Origin: Basidiobolus meristosporus CBS 931.73 | Taxonomy: Eukaryota; Fungi; Basidiobolomycota | Length of the DNA: 64,000 bases | Assembly: GCA_002104905.1 (NCBI GenBank) | Contig: MCFE01000047.1 | Coordinates: 124,001-188,000 of the forward strand | Direction: 5' to 3' | Shown: in pieces, positions 52,044-64,000 of the stretch | How positions within the stretch are numbered: position 1 is the stretch's first letter | Layout of the letters: each line of letters begins with the position of its first letter | The notes under the pieces: generated by a model | Databases searched by the model: none | Seen by the model: the letters and a program-made list of their open reading frames with translations, nothing else | What the model was told of the DNA's origin: nothing | Program-made: the position numbers and the translations under genes

Positions 52044-54205
52044 TTAGGATTCGTGCTTGAGCACAAGGGCGGTACGGCTGGGAATATATACTTGGATATG
52101 ATTAGGACGGCCGTACCACTCCTCATTCTTGCTGAAGAACTCTTGCTTGGCATCGATACGATCGTGGCCGCCGAATTCGGGGCTGTCGGAATTCAAGGCA
52201 ATAGTGTACTTTCCGGGCCATGCTGTACCAATCTTGTAATCGCTAAAGCTCTTGCTGGGGTGGAAGTTGAAGATCCAGAGCAAGCCAGCGCGCTCGAATG
52301 CAACAATCTTGTCCTCCTCGTGCTTGTGGGAAACATAGGCTTGTGGGGCCTCCAACCAACGGTACTGGCTCTCCAAATGATTCATCGCGCCATCGAAAGC
52401 ATTCAGGTGCTTGAAGCGAAGCAAGTCATCTTTAACCAGGTTGAATTGGCGTCTGGCATACTGGAAACTGCTGCCATTTCCGTCACGTGGGAAGTCCAGC
52501 CATTCTGGGTGACCGAACTCATTGCCTTCGAAGTTCAGGTAACCCTCACCGCCGAGACCATGGGTGATCAGGCGGATGAGCTTGTGTAGAGCAATACCGC
52601 GATCAATGATTGGTGTCAACGGACCGAGGACTGACATATGGTCGTACATCTCCTTGTCCATCAACCAGAAAGCAATGGTTTTGTCCCCGACCAAGGCTTG
52701 ATCGTGAGATTCGCAGTATGTGATGGTTTTTTCCATGTGGCGACGGTTGGTTAGTGTAAACACGATATGGCCCATCTTCCAATCATCATCCCGGACCTCC
52801 TTCAAGAGTTTGATCCACATATCGGGAACAGCCATGCCCAAGCGATAGTCGAAGCCAACGCCACCTTCGGCAACTGGACGACACAAGCCTGGCATACCCG
52901 AGACATCCTCGGCAATGGTGATAATCTCGGGATATAGCTTGTGCAGCATGAAATTGCTGAGCATTAGGTAAACAACGGCTTCTTCATCTACGTTGTCGTT
53001 GAAATACTCGTGATAGCCACCGCTGAAGCCAGTGCCAATGCCATGGTGGACATACATCATGGAGGTGACACCGTCAAACCGGAACCCGTCGAATCTGTAC
53101 TCGTTCATGTAAAAGCGAAGGTTGGAAAGTAAGAAGCGGAGTACTTCGTGACTTCCGTAGTTGAACAAACGACTGTTCCACAGCTCGTGGCGACCCTTGC
53201 TGCCTTCATGGAAGTAGCAATGGTCAGATCCGTCGAATTGATTCAACCCATCAAGAACATTGTTGGATGCGTGTGAGTGGACCATGTCCAAGAGGACATA
53301 AATGCCCATTCCATGGGCGGTATCGATCAATCTCTTAAGATCCTCGGGTGTGCCGTAGCGGCTGGAAATGGCGAAGAAGCTGGTGACTTGGTAACCAAAA
53401 CTGGCGTAGTACGCGTGCTCCATGATTGCCATCAATTGGATAGCATTGTATCCGAGATTAGCAATGTGCGGTAGGATGTTTTCGGTAAACTCGTTGTAGG
53501 TGGCGACCTTAGGCTCGGGGCTAGAAATACCAACATGGGCTTCGTAGATCTTAAGATCCAAAGGCTTTGGAGGAGCCTTGTTCTTCCAGACGTATGGCTT
53601 TTCAGGATTCCAGAAGCGGGCGTCATAGACTGGACTAACGTCCAAATCCTGGGTGACGCGCTTTGCCCAAGCAGGAAGACGGTCAATCCTTTCCCCTTGT
53701 GGAGTGACCATGGATATCTTGATTCTGCTGTCATGTGGAATGGCAACGGTGCCGTCAGGCTTGTTGGGAACCAGTACCTCCCATACGCCAAACTCGTCCT
53801 TTTTCATAGGATTAGCTTGATGATCCCAGTTATTGAAATCTCCAACGAGACTAGCGGAAACGGCGTTGGGGGCCCATTCACGGTAAAGAACACCTTTGGG
53901 TGTAACGTTTAAACCCATCTTTTCGTAGCCTCGAGAGAATTTATCGAAACCGCCCTCGTATTGATCAACCTTGTCGCACCACTCTTGGAACTTGGCATAT
54001 CTGAATTTAACATGGGTGATCGTTAGAAAGAACAAAGTTGGGGCATTACGTGGCGCACATACCTCTTGGCCAGAGAAGGGGCGAATGGCTCGAGCCAAGG
54101 ATCCTGCTCAACGAGTCCAGTACCGGGAAGAGGGGCCTGCTTGACTTCTTCCGCTTTGGGTTGAGTGGAGGGAGCAGATGTTTTATTCATCGAGGTAACA
54201 GTCAT
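52044..54205 (-). CDS. GLC3: 1,4-alpha-glucan branching enzyme
   Basis: [73 protein letters not shown]. Confidence 0.97.
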
Positions 54206-55248
54206 AACTATTGGAGAGAATAAGGTTGACGAAAAGTAATTTGAACGTACACGACTTCATCGCTTATAAACAAGATTGGTGGGGAGCGAGAATCGAATAG
54301 CATTGCTCGAAGGTATACGAAATGTTGGTTAGATCTACCAGATTAACATAGCCGTCACTGAAGGGTATCGATTACATCGTCATTATCCGATACTCGGAAA
54401 TTGGGGGATTCATGAAAGAGCTTGCTGGATGTCGACGCTGATTGGTCCAGCAGTGATCACTATTTGGCCAGCAACCTTGGATTCCCTGATCCAGACCCAA
54501 TCCTTCGAATCCGAATCTAGAAATTTACGACACTTCGTAGCTTGTGCTTACGATAACAGAGAAATGACAGAATATGTTTAAATAATGAAGGAAGATATCT
54601 CGAAACCACGCTGAAAATACGTCAAGTTTCGTAAGTTCACGCTTACGTCACTCCACTGTTCAAGGATTGAATCCATGTATTACCCTGGAGACTGATTGTA
54701 CGAGAGCGAGATGCCGTGGACGACGACGAATAGGATTCTGTTCCCAATGGTGGCTTGTTGGAAAATACCGAAATGCTCGAAGGCTTGGGACAGATCCAGT
54801 GGGCGATAATAGATGGGGATACATTGTACTCTAAGTGCCTGATATGGCTTTATTGCATTAGCTTCTCACCAAGGATAAGCTTGTGGATTGTCGATTAGAT
54901 AGCAAGGCTCCCCAATAGCTCCCCAATGGTTCCCCAATAAGCTGTGGCAACGATCACTTGTGTTGGGTTACACGTTGGCTGGTTGTCTATCAGTTGTTGG
55001 CCAAACAGGACAGCCTAGGATGATAACCAACAGATCTAGATTACCTCCTGATATCGCCTCAAAAATAAGCTTCCACATTATCCTGGATGCTGGGAACCAT
55101 TCTCCGTATATAAATAGGATTTAGCAAAGGTTTGGTTATTTATTTACACTTGCATGTACATTGAAAGTATACTTCTGGCACCACTCTTGACGACAGATCC
55201 TAGCGATTGGTCCAGGACGTTGCCAGTTAGGTTGATGTGTAGGCTGGG

Positions 55249-56332
55249 CTAATATGTCAGCACGCTTGGATGTCCAGATATATCAGCTATCTGCCGGACG
55301 CTAGAGAGATAGTCAGGCGGCTGGACTGGAGTTGCTTCGTATACCGGTAGCGCTTCTTCACTTTCGATCAACTTCTCTGAGAAAATATGTATAGGGATCT
55401 GCACCGTCAAATAGCGCTTTTTCCTTGTCAAATCAACCAGGTTGATCTGAACCTCGATGAAATGCCACAAATGGATGTATCGTGATTTATTGTCGGCTCT
55501 CACCGAACTCTGCCCCTTTGGGATCTTCAAGACAAGCGGCTGCTCCCACCAGCCCGAGACTTTTGGCCTCCATATGCACGATGTTTCGTCGATTCTTTCC
55601 TCGTGAGTATCGGACCAGTCCTCGAAAAATGTACGATATCTGACCGTCTCTTTCAACCGAATGTTCACTTTGAAAACCTTGATGCCGCGGGAGAGTGGCC
55701 GGATGCCAAGCATAATAGGGATTTGCTGCCCAGTTGTGAAGTTGCAGCATGGCAATGCCACCGAGAATTTCATTTGTCCCTGAACATCGCCTGTGCGTAT
55801 CAACGATGTTTCCAAATCCGTGGGTAGAGGCCCAAATGATCTCTCAACATGTACAGAGCAGTCACACTCAAGACTTGTGCGAAAACCGGATTTACGAGCA
55901 ATCGCTTTAAACTGGTAGCTGATATTGCCCTTCGGTGTATGTATAGACTGCGGTATATTTCCGTGCAACGGCATTTCGAAGTGGTACTCATACTTCCCTT
56001 TCTGATAAATACGAGGCTCCTCCGATTCAGATGCCGAATCTCCGGTAAAGCACCAATTCTTTTCTACTATTGTGCGCTTATAAGGTTTCGTTTCTAATGG
56101 AATGAGCTTGATCAGCAAGTCTTTCCTCAAGGAGGACTCAAAAGACAGTGTGGTTACCTTGAATAAGTGCTTGGCCTATAAAGTTTAGCTCAATGGACTT
56201 GATCCGAGTGGGTTGATGTATTTGCAACAGTAGGAACCCACGAAGAACGTAGCCGGCGGATTCTTGGCTGGTTCCACGCAAGATTATGTGGTTATTTTCC
56301 AAATGAATGGAAAGAGAATTTCTCCCAAACAT
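55249..56332 (-). CDS. Alpha-arrestin (ART-like) adaptor
   Basis: VLRGFLLL...IKSIELNFIG, GKYEYHFEMPL, PQSIHTPKGNISYQFKA, and C-terminal PY-type motifs LPVY and PPDY. One intron. Confidence 0.85.
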
Positions 56333-56379
56333 GCTGGTTAATAAGAGGTTCCACCAGTATTAAGCTCAGTGAATTTGTA

Positions 56380-56481
56380 GGATTCAAGGTGTTCGTGTGG
56401 GTAGTTTAGTGTTTGCTTTTGGTGCGGATTCAGGGTGTTCGTGTGGGTGGTTTGGTGTTTGCTTTTGGTATGGATTCAAGG
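56380..56481 (+). repeat. 46-bp tandem repeat, 2.2 copies
   Basis: ggattcaaggtgttcgtgtgggtagtttagtgtttgcttttggtgc, then ggattcagggtgttcgtgtgggtggtttggtgtttgcttttggtat, then ggattcaagg. Confidence 0.9.
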
Positions 56482-57495
56482 CTTTAAACACAAAATAGAG
56501 GATTCATTGAAGAATTTACCGCGTGGGACCAGTGACCAATTTATGTACTTGAAAAAATCAAGTCGGATCGGACTGTTCATCCTTGATCATCGAACATGTC
56601 ATAATTCATCACGCATACGACCTCCTAACCAGATATAGCACGTCGGCCACGGGACTGACCAAATCAACCAACTGCCGTGGGTGAACGATATTGCCGCCCT
56701 TTTTGCCATCCAATTCGCTCTTTAGCCAGGCTCGTATTACATGGACGTTGGGTGCTAACACGAGACAGAGTTTATCCTTCGGGTGATTTCAGTTTCCAGT
56801 AACGAATGCCAAATCAGCCAAGAACTGTTCGGAAATTAAGTAAGCCGTATCCGTTTTGCTGCTTTACTTCAAATCAATTGATATGTATTATGTAATATTT
56901 CCATCAAGTCGTTTCTCGATGTTTAATCAGCATTTACCCAAATTAAGCTCGTCCACAGGTTAGTGTTGCTATTTCCATCTGAAACCCATCTTCCGTAGTG
57001 GATTCTCCCCTTGGTTCATGCCTTTTCGTGCCAGTATATCCACACTGGGCCCACCTGAAGATTTGATTTTGCTCATTTTCTTGTTGACGGGTTGGGGTTC
57101 CTGGGAATATTTGCCAACCTTTACCTCAGGAGTACGACACCTTCATCAATAGAATCGGCCAACAGCTAGTTCATGTGTTCCTTGTTCGAGCTCACATATT
57201 ATTACCTCTGGGGTATGCATACAGTGAAGTGAACAAGTCAATTGGGTAATCTGCAGGAGAGCATTGGGGAAAGTCGAGAGAAACTGAAGATTCGTTAAGC
57301 TGCTTGGCACGAATAGGGCTTTTCAGCATATGTTATCATACATGCACTAGTCGGGTCGTGAAAACTCGGGTCCCTTGATGTTTTTGATTGATTGCTCCAG
57401 GCTACATTCTAGCACATAAAACGATCCCTGTGAGACGGAAGCTTTATTATTTTATACAAGTTGAATCATTCTAAGCCACCATGGTGGTTGTAAGG

Positions 57496-59539
57496 TTACA
57501 TAGGAGTTTGGAATTGAAGTAGCTCGTCCGAGTTGACATTTTTGGCAAGATCCCAATAATGCTCAGCCTTGCCTTTCGATAGCCATTCTCTGGCATGATT
57601 CTCGGATTCACATCTTCTGAATCTAAATCCTTTGAAGCCTCGCTCCTTGATCTCGCCCTCCCACACGAGAAGACAGTAGTTGTTAGCTTTTTCAGGAACC
57701 TCGTCCTCGTCGTCGGACGCATCGGACCACTTGATGCGACGAAGCATTAGTTTCTTGTATGCCTTTATACCTTTAGGCCCGCCCTCTACGATCACGAGAT
57801 TAAAGTCCGGGTTGAAGACGGCGGTCCCAGTAAGGTATAACTGTTGAGCGTTCATCTCAACCTTGAATTTCTTCTGCGGGTGAGACAAATCCTTGATTCT
57901 GATGAATGCAAAATAAACAAATTGGCCGTCGAAAGAATTTGGTAGCATTAAGGGTAAAGTGCTTACTTGAAAACGGCCACTTGCGATGTTTGACTGGTAT
58001 CCTCGTTCAATTTTTTAGCTTTCTTTTCTCTTCTTTGTTCGTCTGTCAACTTCCGCTCGGCATTTTGTCGGAGATGTGCCTGTTGTCGCTTGTCGACCTG
58101 TGCTCGCACCTGTGCCTCGATCTTGGATGGATCCATGACTGCTTGCTCACCAAGAACTCTCATGAAATTGCTCATTTTGACTGTAAAACGGTGATTCATT
58201 AGCAAATCCAAGTCATACGTTGGACACTATAAGTAATTACCTTTAGGTTCTTCAGGCGGTAGAAGGCCTAAACGAATCTTGTCCTGTTTTTCTTTCTGAA
58301 GTTCGAGGCGTCTTTGTCTTCTCAACTTCTTACGCTCCTGCAAATATTCCCAATTAGGGTTAATCTTACAATGGCTGAATATACGAGGGTGCCATACCTT
58401 CTTTGTAAGCATCAATGGCTTCGGCTTAGGCGCGTTCAAGTCGACGGGAGGTTCAATCGGAACTGGATGTTGTATGTATTGTGTAATGACGGAACTCTCG
58501 CCCTCTACTCTAGCCTCGCCGCTATCAAGATCTTCGTAAGTGCCGTTTGTTAACAGCTGAGCATCCCACCATTCGATCGTTGGGGGTGGATCACGCTTGA
58601 TCGCTTTATCTGACATAAGATCAAGTTCTTCCATTCCTGCCTTTTTGACTCCGGCAGCAATTTGCTCCTTGAGTTTCTCGAGTTGTATCTATGAGCCACG
58701 ATGTGTCAGTATGAATTGCTGTCCTTACTATAGCCGTTCTAGATATACCTGTGCTCTAATGTTTTCTGCCTGAGCAATGAATTTGCCCTTCTCGTTGAAC
58801 CTAAGTCTCTTTGGTGCGCGCGATTTGGGTGCTGCGTAGTCTGTACCCAAGCTGGGATCAAAGTACGGATTCTTAGTGACGTCTGAAAACTCGGTCGGGG
58901 CACTCAAGAGCTTCAACTCCCTTTTGGAAGTTTGCGAGGCGACACGTTGGTTCGCCTAGAGCAAATGCGGTTAGAAGAAGAGTTGTTGTAGAAATAACTA
59001 ATCAAGGATCTACCTTCACAGTGGCAAAATTCGCTTTAGGAATAAGCTTTGAGCCTTTCTTGAAGTTTCCTAGCTGATCAACCATCAATATCGGATGGGA
59101 AGGCACATGTAAGCCGCCCTTCGGCTTCACTTGCACATCGCCACCCTTGGAAGTAGACGGCTAGACAAAAGGTTTAGGATACTCGAACAGCACTTTTCAT
59201 GAATATATGCAGCTTACTAGGTAAGGATTTCTGGTTTGTGCCGCAATCCGCTCCTTGGTTTCTTGAATCCTACGCTGAAGTTCAGCAGCAGAAAATGGAG
59301 TACTAGAAGATGTAGGTGGCGGGGTAGGCGAGGCGTTTGAGGTATGACCGTTCGAAAAATTTTTAAACTTCTCCGCAACTTCTTTTTGCTTTTTAGCAAT
59401 CATGGCAGCAATCTGATAAATAACTAAAGTAAGCATTGAGAATCGTATGTGAAAGTCGAAATCGTAGCCAAATTTCAAAGAATACCTGCTGCGGTGAAGG
59501 CGTTGCCGAATTCCCATTGTTATTTCTTTGATCCGCCAT
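57496..59539 (-). CDS. PRP3: U4/U6 snRNP protein Prp3
   Basis: NPYFDP, RFNEKGKF, PPTIEWWD, IQHPVPIEPP, LTKKERKKLRRQRR, GLLPPEEPKVKMSNFMRVLG, VVEGG-like IVEGGPKGIK, LMLRRIKW, CLLVWEG. Canonical introns. Confidence 0.95.
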
Positions 59540-59840
59540 TTGAGACTATAGAGTGCTTCTCCGTAGTCAAGGTTATTTTACGCGCTTAAAGTTGAATTCG
59601 GTTAATTAATGGTACAAAAAGATTTTGAGGGCTCTAATAAAATTATGGAGAGAACGGCAGCTACTACTGTTTCTCTATCCCAATAAACGATTTTTGTGAC
59701 TATAATCCCAATACATCGTGATTAAATCGCCAATTACCCTTTAGTGGTTTAAATTTTTCAGCTTGATAGACTAGTCAACACCACAACTTGGTCTATTTCA
59801 CGTAAGCAATACCGTTTGTCCACAACCAAGTCACATCAAG

Positions 59841-61777
<1,937 letters not shown>

Positions 61778-64000
61778 ATGAGCACCCTCTCCCCCCAGTA
61801 ATTCCTGTTTGTCCCTAATGATGATGAGCAATTACCTCGGATCTTGAATGTTTATATTTTCGTATTTCCATTTGTTTCTACAGAGCCCCTCACTTTCTCA
61901 TATGCGCCCATCTGAATAATACTCTTGGTTTGTTGATGATGCGTGACAGAAGCACCAATTACAAATGAAATAGTAAAGGCTAATGTTGAATATACACTTG
62001 CTGGTGGCACCTTGCACGATGGCCAAAGCTTTGAAATCTTGAGTGGCCGCCTAATTCTAAATGAGGTTTCGGGATTTGCTTATGTGAAACCCGATCAGCC
62101 AAATAATGCACTTTGGATGGGATCATTTATAAATCTAAGATCAGCAAGTGCAAGGTACCGAGGAATCAGGTGACGTCTCCGATCGTGAAAAGCATCACAC
62201 ATTAATTCACTTCCACTGGTCTGAGGATAGCGGCAGATCTGAAATCACCACTGCAGTTCTACTGGAAATCTCAAACGCTTCATTGCACTTGGAATCTGCA
62301 TATTTTCGAGGATTGATGGCATATGTTGCCAAGGAGCCCGTAATAAACCCGCAGGAAAAGTTGTACGATAGCGTATTGGGAATCAAAAGCCTTCAAAAAC
62401 TCTTTCCAGATGTATATATTTACTCATGAGGCACCTAGCGGTTCAATACTACATGCATAAGGACCTTCCACAAAAAAAACACGGCTGTTTGCTGCGCTAT
62501 AATCTCAGCATCCTCCCTGAGCCCGAGGCCTTCATCCAGATAGATATATCCCTTCTGAAGAAGCAAGGAAATCACAATGCATTCGGTTTCCATCCTCCTC
62601 GGTTGCATTGGTATAATTTCGTGTGAATGAGAGTTCCTACGATGGTTAACAAGCTGGCCCACTGCATTTCTTCTATGATTACCGTAAGGCTTGAAAATAG
62701 GTTCATCAAGGTCACTCCTGGAAGCAATCTTGCAATCACTCTCAAGCTGAGCTATTTGTTCTGTTAGGCGCGGGGAAACTTCGTCCATCCAGAATTCCGA
62801 TTTCTGTCGGGCTCAAATATGGGCTTTGAAGAACATTCAAATGGGGCGATTGATGAGACTTTGAGCAGGAAATGTACAGATTGGTCGGAGTGGACCAGCA
62901 AAATGCATATCTCTATATTGCACGATTAAGGAACAAAAGGCTCGGGGTTAGTCTTTCGAACACGACTTTTCAAAAGCCTATTACTGGTGTATCGTATAGG
63001 ACCCCTAGGACCCGTATACTCACAAATATGGAACTCCAGCGCTTTAGGAAATACCGCCGTAGCAATCTAACTCCCCAAAGATATTAGATCCCGCATAGGA
63101 AGCATCACCTGAAAATGAAGCTGGTTTAGTTGAAAAAAGGGTCATTCCATATGCCTATGCACCAGATGTAGTAATTGAGGTAATTCTCAGTAGCTCCACG
63201 CAAATCGCTCGATGGTTATCAGTATTCATTAATGAGCCAAGTCTCATTAAAAACGCGCTTTCCTATTAAGCTCTCAGTATTTTCACCCCTATTGCAGTTT
63301 TCTATTTCTCGTAGAGCGGCGCTAGAGTGGCCATCGGGCTAGCAAAAAGTGGCAAAGCTATTACTCATTTATCCCTTAGATGCTGCGCTCCTGAGCATTT
63401 ATCAAGAGGAGCCCGAAGGTTTTGTTAATGATAGCACACTTTATGGGTTAAATCGCATCTACTCTCAAATTGGCAATCCCGGAAAGTACGTGTGACATGA
63501 GCTACTTTGTGATTTGGTATCGTTTGCAACATAAAAAGGAGCATTCTGCGTTTACGGATCTGTTTCCGAAATGACCAGTGATGTCGCAAATTGGTAAGAT
63601 AGAGGATCAAGAAGCTCGCGAGGATTACAGCAAATGCAATGAGGATGTATGGGGCTAGAATCTGATTCAATTGTAAATCACAACATATCTTCATATCAGC
63701 AGCAAACCCATTGTCCGGCAACGCATTGCGGTGAATGTAGTAAACGTTGCTGAGCATTCTCAACCAACCCATTAAAGAAAAACTCATGAATGCGCAATGA
63801 TTGGCCACTGATTCCGGTTAGGACTGTCTAATGCGCACCATATCTGGAACCAGGGATTTCGAGTCTAATTACCGACTAATCGAGAACATTGAATAGTGTG
63901 TTTCAGATAAGAGCTTATTTGACAACCTCTCCTATGTCAGTGTTTCGAGTCGGGGGAGGAGCATTAGCGTGGATACATGTGTTTTTGTCACGGCCCCAAC

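Noticed and set aside
41153-54205. Run of metabolic genes (GSH1, ADE2, PRTase, LAP, PAN6, GLC3) as a possible gene cluster
   Set aside because: They belong to unrelated primary pathways with no shared regulator or motif seen. Ordinary gene density explains the run.

Overview
This is gene-dense eukaryotic DNA with short (mostly 45-75 nt) spliceosomal introns. Gene content (myosin-motor chitin synthase, fused ADE2, DMPK/MRCK-type kinase, TCAIM-like protein) points to an early-diverging fungus (Mucoromycota/Zoopagomycota-like; inference). About 30 protein-coding genes can be built by hand, mostly housekeeping: MCM5, CCT4, COX20, RPL12, RPL27, eIF4AIII/FAL1, PSD1, CNBP/GIS2, OST2, ATP15, sHSP, Pcl cyclin, class V chitin synthase, GSH1, ADE2, M17 aminopeptidase, PAN6, GLC3, arrestin, PRP3 and VPS4. 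I found no rRNA, tRNA, CRISPR array or intact transposon. The most notable observations are: (1) an RPL27 intron that restores the conserved protein only with AT-AC ends and has a non-consensus donor; (2) an apparent +1 frameshift in each of two otherwise intact multidomain genes; (3) an intronless secreted tectonin-like propeller head-to-head with a jacalin-metalloprotease and flanked by short tandem repeats; (4) an animal-type MRCK/ROCK-family kinase; (5) a bacterial-type phosphoribosyltransferase with a degenerate PRPP loop; and (6) spliced genes the ORF track misses or fragments (a 12-exon orphan, a 70-aa mitochondrial-type microprotein, ATP15, COX20). All family assignments come from motif recognition without database searches.
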